The translations under genes and the position numbers were made by a program. Under the pieces are notes generated by a model. The model was not told the DNA's origin. It did no database searches and was given only the letters and a program-made list of their open reading frames with translations. DNA of 64,000 nucleotides from a virus. Each line of letters opens with the position of its first letter. The first letter of the stretch is position 1. Where the stretch lies: positions 4,219 through 68,218 of IMG/VR virus record IMGVR_UViG_3300043446_000617; one strand, 5' to 3'. Below are positions 41,306 through 52,326 of the stretch, piece after piece.

Positions 41306-43273
41306 ATGGAATTCCAAGAACCAAGCGATTCAGATAAGGAACTGGTTTCCTTCGTTGTTGACCACTGTGATCGGTGGAGACAATACCGAGATACCAACTA
41401 TCTGGATGACTGGTTGGAATACGAGCGCATCTTTACTGGTGAATGGGCTGCTGAAGATAAGACTCGTGATTCCGAGCGTAGCCGAATTGTCACTCCTGCT
41501 ACCCAACAAGCCGTAGAGACACGCCATGCCGAAATCATGGAAGCTATCTTTGGTCAAGGTGAATTCTTTGACATCCAAGACGATATTCGTGATGTCAACA
41601 ACAATCCTTTAGATGTTGCGGCTATTAAGGCTCAACTTATGGAAGACTTCAAGGTCGATAAGATTCGCAAATCTATTGATCAAATTGAGCTTCTTGCTGA
41701 ACTCTATGGTACTGGTATCGGTGAGATTGTTGTCAAAACAGAGAAGGTCTATGTTCCTTCTACTCAACCTATTCCTGGTCAAGTTGGACAAGCAGCAATT
41801 GGTGTTGTAGAAAAAGACCGAATTGCAGTAAAGATTGTTCCTGTTAATCCTCGTAACTTCTTGTTTGACCCTAATGGCACATCTATTGATGACTGTATGG
41901 GCGTGGCAGTAGAGAAGTATGTCTCTATCCATAAGATTGTTAAAGGTCAGGAAGATGGCATCTATCGCAAGGTAGAAGTCGGCACTGACTCTATGGACAC
42001 AGACTTAGAGCCTACTCAAGAGATTACTCAGTTTGAAGACGATAAAGTCAAACTGTTGACCTACTATGGACTTGTTCCTCGTGAATATCTTGACCAAATT
42101 GAAGATGGTGCTGAAGTAGAGGACTTGTTCCCTGAAGACTCAGTACAAGACGAATATGCTGATTTGGTCGAAGCAATTGTCGTGATTGCCAATGATGGTG
42201 TTCTTCTGAAGGCAGAAAAGAACCCATACATGATGAAAGACCGCCCAATCCTTGCTTATCAGGACGATACAGTTCCTAATCGCTTGTTGGGTCGTGGTAC
42301 TGTTGAGAAGGCTTACAACTCACAGAAAGCTATTGATGCCCAAGTTCGTAGCCACTTAGACTCTTTGGCGCTGACTACAAGCCCAATGATGGCTATGGAT
42401 GCTACTCGCTTGCCTCGTGGTGCTAAGTTTGAAGTTCGACCAGGCAAATCTATCCTGACAAACGGCAATCCTAATGAGATTTTGTTCCCATTCAAGTTCG
42501 GCAATACTGATGGTTCTAATCTGACGACTGCTAAAGAGTTTGAACGTATGCTTTTGCAAGCTACTGGCACTCTGGACTCTCAAGGAATGGTATCTGCAGT
42601 CTCCCGAGATGCAGGTCAAGGTGGTATTTCGATGGCTGTAGCCTCGATTATCAAGAAATACAAGCGTACATTGGTGAACTTCCAAGAGGATTTCATGATC
42701 CCCTTCATCACCAAGGCTGCTTACCGCTATATGCAGTTTGACCCAGAGCGTTATCCTACTGTGGACATGAAGTTTATTCCGACTGCCGCATTGGGAATCA
42801 TTGCTCGTGAGCATGAACAACAACAGTTCATCTCTTTGCTACAGACTCTTGGCCCAAATACACCTGTTTTGCCAGTCATTCTCAAGGGAATCATGGCAAA
42901 TTCATCGTTGTCTAACCGCTACGAGTTGATTCAGATGCTTGATAAGATGGCTACGGCTGATCCACAAGCACAACAGGCTCAACAGATGCAACAACAATTG
43001 GCTATGCAACTGGCTCAAGCCCAGATTGCTGTCCAAACCACTCAAGCCGAGCAGAATAAGGCAGAGGCTCAGAAGTTGTTGACAGAGGCTCAATTGATGC
43101 CTATTGAGTTACAGGCTAAGAGCATGGCGGCTAATACCAAGAATCTACCTAAACAGGATGACTTGGCTTCTAAAGAGTTTGATAAGCGAGTCAAGATTGC
43201 TGAATTGATGCTCAAGGAAGCAGATATCAAGACTAAGGCCAAGATTGTTGACCAACAGATGACCAAACAATGA
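41306..43273 (+). CDS. Portal protein
   Basis: Homologue at 7728. Confidence 0.85.
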   Translation: MEFQEPSDSDKELVSFVVDHCDRWRQYRDTNYLDDWLEYERIFTGEWAAEDKTRDSERSRIVTPATQQAVETRHAEIMEAIFGQGEFFDIQDDIRDVNNNPLDVAAIKAQLMEDFKVDKIRKSIDQIELLAELYGTGIGEIVVKTEKVYVPSTQPIPGQVGQAAIGVVEKDRIAVKIVPVNPRNFLFDPNGTSIDDCMGVAVEKYVSIHKIVKGQEDGIYRKVEVGTDSMDTDLEPTQEITQFEDDKVKLLTYYGLVPREYLDQIEDGAEVEDLFPEDSVQDEYADLVEAIVVIANDGVLLKAEKNPYMMKDRPILAYQDDTVPNRLLGRGTVEKAYNSQKAIDAQVRSHLDSLALTTSPMMAMDATRLPRGAKFEVRPGKSILTNGNPNEILFPFKFGNTDGSNLTTAKEFERMLLQATGTLDSQGMVSAVSRDAGQGGISMAVASIIKKYKRTLVNFQEDFMIPFITKAAYRYMQFDPERYPTVDMKFIPTAALGIIAREHEQQQFISLLQTLGPNTPVLPVILKGIMANSSLSNRYELIQMLDKMATADPQAQQAQQMQQQLAMQLAQAQIAVQTTQAEQNKAEAQKLLTEAQLMPIELQAKSMAANTKNLPKQDDLASKEFDKRVKIAELMLKEADIKTKAKIVDQQMTKQ

Positions 43274-43509
43274 GTCCAGAACTGCAAAAGTATTACGAAG
43301 AGCGATTCTCCATGATGTCCACTCAGGGTTGGGTGGATTTGATGGAGGATGTTGACAAGATGATTGAACCTTTGAATAATATTTCAACGATTGCAGATGA
43401 AAAAAGTCTACAATTTAGAAAAGGTGAGTTATCAATACTTATTTGGCTGAAAAACTTGAAGCAAGTCAGCGAGAGAGCATTTGAGGACTTAAATGAAAAG
43501 AATGTATGA
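43270..43509 (+). CDS. Small head-module protein
   Basis: Same protein as 9713. Confidence 0.75.
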   Translation: MSPELQKYYEERFSMMSTQGWVDLMEDVDKMIEPLNNISTIADEKSLQFRKGELSILIWLKNLKQVSERAFEDLNEKNV

Positions 43510-43720
43510 ATTCGCCTGTGTAAATGGGCATAAAACAGAGAGATTTGTTGATTATGAGGCAACAAAACTCGTATGTGAGTGTGGTGAGGAAACTCATCGC
43601 ATTCTTTCTGCGCCAGCCTTTAGACTAGAAGGATGGTCTGGCTCTTTTCCAACTGCTTATAGCAAGTTTGGCAAGAGTCATACTGACAAGCTAAAGGCTG
43701 AACGCAAAGCCAACTCATAA
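43493..43720 (+). CDS. FmdB-like zinc-ribbon protein
   Basis: Identical to 9936. Confidence 0.7.
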   Translation: MKRMYEFACVNGHKTERFVDYEATKLVCECGEETHRILSAPAFRLEGWSGSFPTAYSKFGKSHTDKLKAERKANS

Positions 43721-43777
43721 GCAATTGTGCCGAGTTGAATCTCCTACAACCGAAAACGGCAGGAAAAGGAAATAAGT

Positions 43778-44521
43778 ATGTTGATTGACGATGACAAAGA
43801 GGTGTTTGGTGAACTAGAAGCTGAAGAGCAAAAGATTGAGCAAAAGTCTGAGCTTCCTGAGAAATACAGGGACAAAAGTTTAGATGAGATTGTGAGAATG
43901 CACCAAGAGGCTGAGAAGCTCATTGGTAAGCAAGCACAAGAAGTAGGCGAAGTCCGTAAGCTCGCAGATGAACTTATCAAACAGAACCTTGGGTCTAGAC
44001 AACAACAGACAAAAATGGAAGAGCCTGAAGTAGATTTCTTTGAGAATCCACAGAAGGCAGTTCAACGGACAGTTGATAATCACCCTGACATCTTAGCTGC
44101 ACGACAAGTGACGCTAGAGATGAAAAAGGCACAGATTCAGCAGAAGTTGGCTCAAGAACATCCCGACTTTGGCGAAATCGCTAAAGATCAGGACTTTGCA
44201 AACTGGGTTAAATCTAGCCCTGTTCGCATTAAGTTATTTGAGCAAGCTGATGCGGGATATGATTACGACTCTGCCAATGAATTGCTGTCTACTTACAAGC
44301 AACTTCGTAGCATGAAGACTAAGCAAGCAAGTGATGCTGGAGAAGCCACTCGCAAGCAGAATCTGAAGGCTGTTGGAGTTGATGTTGGTGGTTCTGGAGA
44401 ATCTTCTAAGAAGGTTTATCGTAGGGCTGACCTTATTCGGCTGAAAATGCAAGACCCTGGTCGTTATGAAGCGCTAAGTGACGAGATCATGCAAGCGTAT
44501 TCTGAAGGCCGAGTTAAGTAA
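43778..44521 (+). CDS. Scaffolding protein
   Basis: Identical to 10221. Confidence 0.75.
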   Translation: MLIDDDKEVFGELEAEEQKIEQKSELPEKYRDKSLDEIVRMHQEAEKLIGKQAQEVGEVRKLADELIKQNLGSRQQQTKMEEPEVDFFENPQKAVQRTVDNHPDILAARQVTLEMKKAQIQQKLAQEHPDFGEIAKDQDFANWVKSSPVRIKLFEQADAGYDYDSANELLSTYKQLRSMKTKQASDAGEATRKQNLKAVGVDVGGSGESSKKVYRRADLIRLKMQDPGRYEALSDEIMQAYSEGRVK

Positions 44522-44547
44522 CTTTTTTATTTTTTGGAGATTTAATC

Positions 44548-45522
44548 ATGGCAAATACCGCCTTTTCCCCCGCAAATAGTGTAACCACTACATCCGCAGC
44601 TAACTTCATTCCAGAGATTTGGAGTGATGAAATTGTTGCCGCCTATAAAAAGAACCTCGTATTGGCCAACTTGGTCAAGAAGATGTCTTTCAAAGGCAAA
44701 AAGGGTGACACTGTTAACATCCCTAGCCCTGCTCGTGGTTCTGCTTCTGCTAAAGCCGCTACCGATGCAGTTACTTTGATTGCCGAGAGCGACACTAACA
44801 TTCAAGTGTTGATCAACAAGCACTATGAGTACTCACGCTTGATCGAAGACATCGTTGAAGTGCAAGCCCTGACATCTTTGCGTTCTTTCTACACAGAAGA
44901 CGCAGGTTATGCTTTGGCAAAGCGCATCGATACTGACTTGGTTCAGTTGGGTCGTGCTTTCAATGGCGCTACTGTTGGTACTGATGACTATGCTACTAGC
45001 AACACTACTACCAAAGCCTATATCGGCTCTGATGGTACTACTGCTTACAACAGCACATCTTCTAACGCTGCTGCTTTGACAGATGCTGCTATTCGTCGCA
45101 CTATTCAGCGCTTGGACGACAACGACATTCCTATGGATGGTCGTTTCTTCCTGATTCCTCCATCAAGCCGCAACACTTTGATGGGTCTGGCTCGTTACAC
45201 TGAGCAAGCCTTCATCGGTAATGGCGATGCGATCCGCAATGGTGAAATCGGTCAACTGTACGGCATGGCTGTGTTTGCATCTTCTAATGCTGACACTGGT
45301 GCTGGTAACTCTGGCGCTGACCGCATCTGCTTGATGGGCCACAAAGACGCTATGGTCTTGGTTGAGCAATTGGGCATCCGTTCACAGACTCAGTACAAGC
45401 AAGAGTACCTCGGTACATTGTTCACTGCTGACACTATCTATGGTGTGAAAGCTCTGCGTACATCTGCTACTAGCTCTGCCGCTAACGCATCTGGTGCATT
45501 TGCCTTGGCAGTTCCTGCTTAA
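44548..45522 (+). CDS. Major capsid protein
   Basis: Identical to 10991. Confidence 0.9.
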   Translation: MANTAFSPANSVTTTSAANFIPEIWSDEIVAAYKKNLVLANLVKKMSFKGKKGDTVNIPSPARGSASAKAATDAVTLIAESDTNIQVLINKHYEYSRLIEDIVEVQALTSLRSFYTEDAGYALAKRIDTDLVQLGRAFNGATVGTDDYATSNTTTKAYIGSDGTTAYNSTSSNAAALTDAAIRRTIQRLDDNDIPMDGRFFLIPPSSRNTLMGLARYTEQAFIGNGDAIRNGEIGQLYGMAVFASSNADTGAGNSGADRICLMGHKDAMVLVEQLGIRSQTQYKQEYLGTLFTADTIYGVKALRTSATSSAANASGAFALAVPA

Positions 45523-45533
45523 TGTTGCCACTT

Positions 45534-45563
45534 CTCCCCTGTCTTCGGATGGGGGAGTTTTTT
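45534..45563 (+). terminator. Terminator after capsid gene
   Basis: UUCG hairpin plus U tract. Confidence 0.85.
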
Positions 45564-45585
45564 CTTAATCTAGGAGGAATTTATT

Positions 45586-45909
45586 ATGGCAACCGCATCA
45601 TCGGTAACATCACGCAGAGGTAATGACCAGTTTCGTGGTTTGTTTAGCGACACTTGGGCTGTTCGTGCTACTTTGGACGCAGGTTCATTGGTGGATGGCG
45701 CAGGCGAGACTGACGATATCACTATCCCTGGCGTAGCCTTGGGCGATATGGTCATTGGCGCATCTTTGGGTGTAGATTTGGTTGGTTTAACAGTAACAGG
45801 TTATGTTTCTGCCGCAAACACAGTCAAATTCCGTATCCAGAATGAGTCTGGCTCAACTGTTGACTTGGCTTCTACTACCCTTCGTTTGGTCGTAGTTCGC
45901 ATGGTCTAA
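45586..45909 (+). CDS. Putative head decoration protein
   Basis: Identical to 12029. Confidence 0.55.
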   Translation: MATASSVTSRRGNDQFRGLFSDTWAVRATLDAGSLVDGAGETDDITIPGVALGDMVIGASLGVDLVGLTVTGYVSAANTVKFRIQNESGSTVDLASTTLRLVVVRMV

Positions 45910-45950
45910 TCTAAAGGGGGCTAATAACCCCCTTTTCTTCGGAGATTCTT

Positions 45951-46148
45951 ATGGCAACCTTTAAGTGCTTACAAAGTGGGCAAACAGTAACTTTCACGCT
46001 TCAACATGATATTGATAGCATGAAGGGTCATGCAGGTTATGTCAGAATAGACGAAGAAGTTAAAGAGTCTTTTGAAAAGCCTTTAATATTGTCTCAACCA
46101 CAGCCTGTTAAGAAGATGGGCAGACCAAGGAAGACTGCAAATGTCTGA
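45951..46148 (+). CDS. Hypothetical protein
   Basis: Identical to 12394. Confidence 0.7.
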   Translation: MATFKCLQSGQTVTFTLQHDIDSMKGHAGYVRIDEEVKESFEKPLILSQPQPVKKMGRPRKTANV

Positions 46149-46344
46149 GATTGATCCACGAGAGTTCGGTAAGTTAGAAGCCCAAGTAGAGGCTCTACAG
46201 TCCGAAGTTCATGCTATGCGTGAAGATATTAAAGCCCTTTTAGAGATGGCAAACAAGTCCAAAGGTGGAATGTTTGTTGGAATGGCTATCGCTTCTGTTT
46301 TAGGTGGTGTAGTATCCTTTATAGCCACTAAGGTGATACGATGA
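46141..46344 (+). CDS. Coiled-coil/TM protein
   Basis: Identical to 12584. Confidence 0.7.
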   Translation: MSEIDPREFGKLEAQVEALQSEVHAMREDIKALLEMANKSKGGMFVGMAIASVLGGVVSFIATKVIR

Positions 46345-46748
46345 AACTTCTATCTGGCGATACTTGTCCTATAGCGACTCAAGATGTTTCGGTCAATCTA
46401 AAAAACCGAAATAACGCCTTTAAGAAGTTTGGTTACGGCCCACCAAATCCTAATGAACCAAATGATGCGTTTTGGCTGAAAAAAGCCAAGATGTATAACG
46501 CTCCCACCTCTGTCATCAAGGGTATGCGATGTGGTAATTGTGCTGCTTTTATCCAAACTCCAAAGATGATGGCCTGTATTGAGGGCGGTTTGGAGAAGGA
46601 TGAAGTCGAAGGAGAACTTTCCTATGATAAAAACTTCGTTAAAGCAGCTGATCTTGGCTATTGTGACCTATTTCAATTTACTTGTGCTTCCGCTCGTACT
46701 TGTGATGCGTGGAAATCTGGCGGCCCTATTAAAAAGGAGAAACCATGA
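46341..46748 (+). CDS. HiPIP-like four-Cys protein
   Basis: Homologue at 12784. Confidence 0.55.
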   Translation: MKLLSGDTCPIATQDVSVNLKNRNNAFKKFGYGPPNPNEPNDAFWLKKAKMYNAPTSVIKGMRCGNCAAFIQTPKMMACIEGGLEKDEVEGELSYDKNFVKAADLGYCDLFQFTCASARTCDAWKSGGPIKKEKP

Positions 46749-47497
46749 AAACAACCAAGAAACCAAGCGATAAGAAGCCTAAAGGTATGCCTATCGCTAT
46801 TATGATTGCCGTAGGAAAACCAAAAATGCGTCCTATGCCTACTCGTGGTGGTCGTACAGCCACTAACATGATGAAGAAATCTGGGAGAAGCAAATGAAGA
46901 AGACCAAAGCTGAAACCAAAATCTCAAAGGTTTACAAAGAATATAAGGCTGGTACTTTGCACTCTGGCAAAGGTGGCCCTGTAGTTAAATCAAAGAAGCA
47001 AGCCCTTGCCATTGCCTTGAGTTCTGCAGGCATGAGCAAACCAATGAAGAAAAAGAAATGAAACAAGGTCTTTACGCTAACATCCATGCCAAACAAGAGC
47101 GCATAAAAGCAGGTTCTAAGGAAAAGATGCGTAAAGTTGGCTCAAAGGGCGCTCCAACAGAGGCCGCCTTTAAAGCCGCAGCTAAAACTGCAAAGAAGAA
47201 GAAATGAAAACTCCTACTTGGCAAACAAAAGCAGGAAAAAACCCAAAAGGGGGCTTGAATGCCAAGGGGAGAGCATCTTATAATGCAGAAACAGGTGGTC
47301 ATTTAAAGCCACCAGTCAAGTCGGGAGATAACCCTCGTAGGGCATCCTTTTTAGCACGAATGGGCAATATGCCTGGCGCTGAGATGAAAGATGGAAAGCC
47401 TACCCGACTTTTACTTTCTCTTAGAGCTTGGGGAGCATCGTCCAAGGAAGACGCTAAGGCTAAAGCCAAGGCGATCTCTAAGAGGAATAAGAAGTGA
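46745..47497 (+). other. Four coupled small basic-protein genes (46745-46897, 46894-47061, 47058-47207, 47204-47497)
   Basis: Homologues of 13188-13946; chain of ATGA overlaps. Confidence 0.7.
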
Positions 47498-47832
47498 GAC
47501 CAGTATCAGTCGGTAAGAATCTAACTGCTGCTACAGCTACTACGCTGTATACAGTTCCGACTGGATATTACGCTAGGTGCGTTCTCATTCATGCCGCTAA
47601 CGCAACCGCTTCAAATAAACATATCACCTTGTCTTGGTACGATGCAAGTGCAAGTACAAGTATTTACATCACATTTGAGTACACATTGTCTGCTAAAACT
47701 TCACTAGCAACAATTGACTTAACAAAGTATATTGTGATGGAAGAAGGTGATTATTTAACTGCAACCTCAGAGACAGGCTCTACAATTTCTGTAATTGCTA
47801 CCTTTGAAATCGAAGGGTCACAACGAACATGA
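47494..47832 (+). CDS. Small virion protein
   Basis: Homologue at 13943. Confidence 0.7.
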   Translation: MRPVSVGKNLTAATATTLYTVPTGYYARCVLIHAANATASNKHITLSWYDASASTSIYITFEYTLSAKTSLATIDLTKYIVMEEGDYLTATSETGSTISVIATFEIEGSQRT

Positions 47833-48473
47833 CTTATCTAGAACTTGTTAACGATGTGCTTGTTCGCTTGCGTGAAAGCACAGTATCTACTGTTGGAGAA
47901 ACTGCTTATTCAGCCTTGATTGGCAAGTTTGTCAATGATGCCAAGCGTCAGATCGAAGACACATATACTTGGAATTGTCTGTCTCAAACAGTAACAATTT
48001 CTACAACTGCTGGCACACATTCATATTCTTTGACTGGTGTTGGTCAAAAGTTTCGTGTGATGGATGCCCTGAATACAACTAGCAATGTTGTGATGGGAGA
48101 TGTTCCTTTCACAAGCATGAATCGCAAGTTGAACTTTGTGACTCCAGTACAGGGTATTCCATCTGAATACTGCTTCAATGGCGTAGATTCAAGCAACGAT
48201 ACAAAGATTGATTTGTACCCAATTCCTGATGGTGCTTACACAATCTTGTTTGATGTGATTGTTCCTCAAGCAGCATTATCATCCGACTCTACATCTGTAA
48301 AAGTCTTAGACTATTTGGTGACTCAGAGTGCCTATGCTCGTGCTTTGATTGAGCGTGGCGAAGATGGCGGGACAAACTCTAATGAGGCTTATGCAATGTT
48401 TAGAGGAATGCTTGCAGATGCAATTGCTATGGAAAGCACTCGCTATCCTGAAGACAATTTTGAGGCAGTCTAA
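47829..48473 (+). CDS. Head-tail adaptor / tubular A-like
   Basis: Homologue at 14278. Confidence 0.7.
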   Translation: MTYLELVNDVLVRLRESTVSTVGETAYSALIGKFVNDAKRQIEDTYTWNCLSQTVTISTTAGTHSYSLTGVGQKFRVMDALNTTSNVVMGDVPFTSMNRKLNFVTPVQGIPSEYCFNGVDSSNDTKIDLYPIPDGAYTILFDVIVPQAALSSDSTSVKVLDYLVTQSAYARALIERGEDGGTNSNEAYAMFRGMLADAIAMESTRYPEDNFEAV

Positions 48474-50017
48474 TGGCATCGCAACTTCAAAGTTATAGTC
48501 TTTCTGCACCAGGGTTCTTTGGCCTGAATACTGAAGATTCGCCTCTTGATTTAGGCTCTGGCTTTGCTTTAGTTGCCACAAACTGTATTCTTGATCAATA
48601 TGGTCGTATTGGTGCTAGAAAAGGTTGGACTAAAGTAAACCCATCATCAGGCAATTTGGGTGCTAATGATGTTGGTGTTATCCATGAGTTAGTTCAGACT
48701 GATGGAACTCTTACAGTTCTTTTTGCAGGCAATAATAAGATATTTAAGCTTGGTAGTGCCAATGCAGTAACTGAGTTGACCTATGGTGGTGGCGGTACTG
48801 CTCCAACCATTTCTGCAAACAACTGGCAATGCGCAACTCTAAATGGAATTGCATACTTCTTCCAAACAGGACATGATGCTCTAATCTATGATCCTGCAGT
48901 AAGTACGACTACTTATCGTAAAGTTTCTGAGAAATCAGGAAGCAATGGTACTGTTCCGCAAGCAAATATCTGCATCTCTGCTTTTGGTCGCTTATGGGTT
49001 GCCAATACTTCTACTGACAAAGTAACTGTTTACTTTTCTGATCTGATTGCAGGTCATGTATGGAGCGGTGGCACTTCAGGTTCATTGGACGTATCTCGTG
49101 TATGGCCTAATGGCGCTGATGAAGTGATGGGCTTGGCTGCTCATAATGACTTCTTGTTTATCTTTGGTAAGAAGCAAATCTTGGTTTATTCAGGAGCTTC
49201 TACGCCTGCATCATTGGTTCTTAGCGACACAGTAGGCTCTATTGGTTGCATTGCTAGAGATACTATTCAAAGCATTGGTTCTGATGTTGTTTTCTTGTCA
49301 GACTCAGGAGTTCGTTCATTGATGCGAACCATTCAAGAAAAGTCTGCTCCTTTGCGTGACTTGTCCAAGAATGTTCGTTTTGACTTGGCATCATCATTGG
49401 CTGGTGAAACATTGGCTAATCTGAAGTCTGTTTACTCAGAAAAAGAAGCGTTTTACCTTCTTGTTTTACCAGAGACTTTGCAGGTTTACTGCTTTGACAC
49501 TAAGCAATCATTGCAAGATGGCGCTTCTCGTGTGACAAAGTGGGACTCAATTGCTCCGACTTGTTTGAAGTCACTTCGCAATGGTGATTTGTACATTGGT
49601 AAAAAAGGCTACATTGGGAAATATACTGGATATCTCGATGATTCATCTTCTTATCGATTCCTGTACTACACAAACAATGCCGACTTAGGAAATCCTAACC
49701 AGATTTCTATTTTGAAGTCTATTACGGCTGTTGTGATTGGTGGATCGAATCAGTTTCTCACGATTAAGTGGGCTTTTGATTACTCAGGAGCTTATCAGTC
49801 AGAGAACGTCTTTATTCCACCTCAAGGGTACTTCGAGTATGGTGTAGGTGAGTATGCCGTTGCAGACTACTCAAGCGGTATTCCAATTAAAGCATTAACA
49901 AGCAATGCCTCAAGCGCAGGTAAGATTGTGCAAACTGGTTACGAGGCCACTATCAATGGCACTCAGTTATCAATTCAGAAAATTGAACTTCAAGCCAAAG
50001 AAGGCAAGATAGGTTAA
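48473..50017 (+). CDS. Tail nozzle / stabilisation protein
   Basis: Homologue at 14922. Confidence 0.7.
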   Translation: MASQLQSYSLSAPGFFGLNTEDSPLDLGSGFALVATNCILDQYGRIGARKGWTKVNPSSGNLGANDVGVIHELVQTDGTLTVLFAGNNKIFKLGSANAVTELTYGGGGTAPTISANNWQCATLNGIAYFFQTGHDALIYDPAVSTTTYRKVSEKSGSNGTVPQANICISAFGRLWVANTSTDKVTVYFSDLIAGHVWSGGTSGSLDVSRVWPNGADEVMGLAAHNDFLFIFGKKQILVYSGASTPASLVLSDTVGSIGCIARDTIQSIGSDVVFLSDSGVRSLMRTIQEKSAPLRDLSKNVRFDLASSLAGETLANLKSVYSEKEAFYLLVLPETLQVYCFDTKQSLQDGASRVTKWDSIAPTCLKSLRNGDLYIGKKGYIGKYTGYLDDSSSYRFLYYTNNADLGNPNQISILKSITAVVIGGSNQFLTIKWAFDYSGAYQSENVFIPPQGYFEYGVGEYAVADYSSGIPIKALTSNASSAGKIVQTGYEATINGTQLSIQKIELQAKEGKIG

Positions 50018-50043
50018 GCCTAATAGGCACAAGGAGAATTAGA

Positions 50044-52326
50044 TTGTCAAATTACTCAAAATCCACGAATTTCGCATCTAAAGACAATTTGTCGCCTGGC
50101 AATCCTTTAAAGATTGTTAAGGGTACTGAAATTGATACAGAGTTCAACAATATTGCAACAGCAATAGCGACCAAGACTGATAACAGTTCTGCGACTATTA
50201 CTGGTGGAACAATCAATGGTGCAACCATTGGTGCTTCTACAGCCGCTGCAGGTACATTCACTAACTTAACTGTTAGTTCTGCTGCTACGATTGCTTCTGC
50301 CGCTATTAGCGCAGGCACTATCAATGGCGCAGTTATTGGTGGATCATCTGCAGCTGCTATTACTGGTACAAACGTAACTGCAACAACAGGCTTTAGTGGC
50401 CCATTGACAGGTGCAGTAACTGGTAACGTGACTGGTAATTTGACAGGTAATGTCACAGGTAACGTCACAGGAAACATCACAGGTAACGTGACTGGTAATG
50501 TGACTGCCGCTTCTGGCACTTCTACATTCAACAATGTGACCATCTCTGGCTCATTGGACATGGATAGTGGTACATCTGCCACTATTACTGGTTTAGCAAG
50601 CCCTACAAACGATTCTGATGCGGCTACGAAGGGCTATGTAGATGCTCTAGCACAAGGAATTGATGCCAAGGCTTCTGTGGTTGTTGCTACTACTGCAAAT
50701 ATCACATTGTCTGGCACACAAACTATCGATGGCGTGGCGGTTTCTGTTGGCGACCGAGTTCTGGTTAAGGATCAATCTACTGCTTCCCAGAATGGTATTT
50801 ACTTATGTGCATCTAGCACTTGGACTCGTACTACAGATGCTGACTCATGGACTGAGTTGGTAGCTGCTTTTACTTTTGTTGAAAAAGGCACAACAAACGC
50901 TGATTCAGGATGGGTCTGTACAGTAGATGCAGGTGGGACATTGGGAAGCACATCTGTTACCTTTGCACAATTCTCTGGTGCAGGTCAAATTACCGCAGGT
51001 GCAGGTCTTACAAAGACTGGTAACACAATAGATGTTGGTACTGCTTCTTCTAGCCGTATTGTTGTCAATTCTGACAATATTGATTTGGCTACTTCTGGTG
51101 TAACAGCAGGGACTTACAAGTCTGTTACTGCTGATGCTTATGGTCGCATTACTGCAGGAACGAATCCTACTAGCATCTCTGGTTTTGGAATTACAGACGC
51201 TTATACTAAAACTGAAATAGATTCGATTTTTGGTTCAACCACATCTGCTGCTACTTCAGCTTCTAATGCGGCTACCAGTGCTTCTAATGCCGCTACGAGT
51301 GCATCAAGTGCCTCTACAAGCGCTACAAATGCTGCTTCTAGTGCAACCAGTGCTGCCGCCAGTTACGATGCTTTTGATGACCGATATTTAGGTTCTAAGA
51401 GTTCCGCTCCAACTCTAGACAACGATGGTAATGCACTACTTACAGGTGCTTTGTACTGGAATACAACAGTATCTACCTTGTATGTTTACACTGGTTCTGC
51501 ATGGACACAGGCTGCATTTACTTCAAGTGGCTTCTTAACTGCAAGCAATAACTTGTCTGATGTTGCTAGTGCATCTACTGCTCGTAGTAACTTAGGATTG
51601 GCTATTGGTACTAATGTACAAGCATGGGATGCTGATTTAGATACATGGGCTACAAAAACTGCTCCATCGGGTACTGTTGTAGGTACATCTGACACTCAGA
51701 CTCTAACAAATAAAACTCTTACTACACCTACATTAACAACTCCAAACATTACGACTGGATTAACTATTGCAGGTTCTGCTGGCACATCTGGCCAAGTCCT
51801 AACTTCTGCTGGCTCTGGTGCTGCGCCTACTTGGAGTACGCCAAGTGCGGGGGCGATGACACTTATTAGTACACAAACAGCTTCTAGTTCTGCAAGTATA
51901 GGATGGACTGGTCTAAGTGGGTACAGCAGATATATCCTAATTTTAGATAACATTAGACCAGCTACAGCAAATGCTGAGTTGTATGTACAAATTGGAACAG
52001 GAGCAACTCCAACTTACGTAACAACTGGCTACAGTTCTGGTACTAATGTAAATGAAGGTAACACTATTGGCTTTCAAATAACCAAAGGAGATTACACAAC
52101 CGCTGCGCCGGGTTTGAATGCAACGGTAACTTTAATATCAACCGCTGGTAGTTATCCGGGATACACAGTAACTGCGGGTTGGTATGACGCTGTAAGCTCA
52201 ATAGCTAGATGGAATGCTGGCGGTGGTAGATATAACTCAACGGCAACAATCACTGCATTCAGATTGATTTTTAATACTGGCAACATAAGCGCAGGAACTG
52301 CATCACTTTATGGAATTTCATCATGA
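50044..52326 (+). CDS. Alternative tail fibre (TTG start)
   Basis: Shares ~55-aa N-terminal anchor with 16477; TGNV repeats, DAATKGYVD, GDRVLVKDQ, ATSASNA heptads. Confidence 0.88.
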   Translation: MSNYSKSTNFASKDNLSPGNPLKIVKGTEIDTEFNNIATAIATKTDNSSATITGGTINGATIGASTAAAGTFTNLTVSSAATIASAAISAGTINGAVIGGSSAAAITGTNVTATTGFSGPLTGAVTGNVTGNLTGNVTGNVTGNITGNVTGNVTAASGTSTFNNVTISGSLDMDSGTSATITGLASPTNDSDAATKGYVDALAQGIDAKASVVVATTANITLSGTQTIDGVAVSVGDRVLVKDQSTASQNGIYLCASSTWTRTTDADSWTELVAAFTFVEKGTTNADSGWVCTVDAGGTLGSTSVTFAQFSGAGQITAGAGLTKTGNTIDVGTASSSRIVVNSDNIDLATSGVTAGTYKSVTADAYGRITAGTNPTSISGFGITDAYTKTEIDSIFGSTTSAATSASNAATSASNAATSASSASTSATNAASSATSAAASYDAFDDRYLGSKSSAPTLDNDGNALLTGALYWNTTVSTLYVYTGSAWTQAAFTSSGFLTASNNLSDVASASTARSNLGLAIGTNVQAWDADLDTWATKTAPSGTVVGTSDTQTLTNKTLTTPTLTTPNITTGLTIAGSAGTSGQVLTSAGSGAAPTWSTPSAGAMTLISTQTASSSASIGWTGLSGYSRYILILDNIRPATANAELYVQIGTGATPTYVTTGYSSGTNVNEGNTIGFQITKGDYTTAAPGLNATVTLISTAGSYPGYTVTAGWYDAVSSIARWNAGGGRYNSTATITAFRLIFNTGNISAGTASLYGISS

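Larger units (their letters stand above)
43459..46325. repeat. ~2.87-kb direct repeat, copy 2
   Basis: Matches 9902-12768. Confidence 0.85.
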
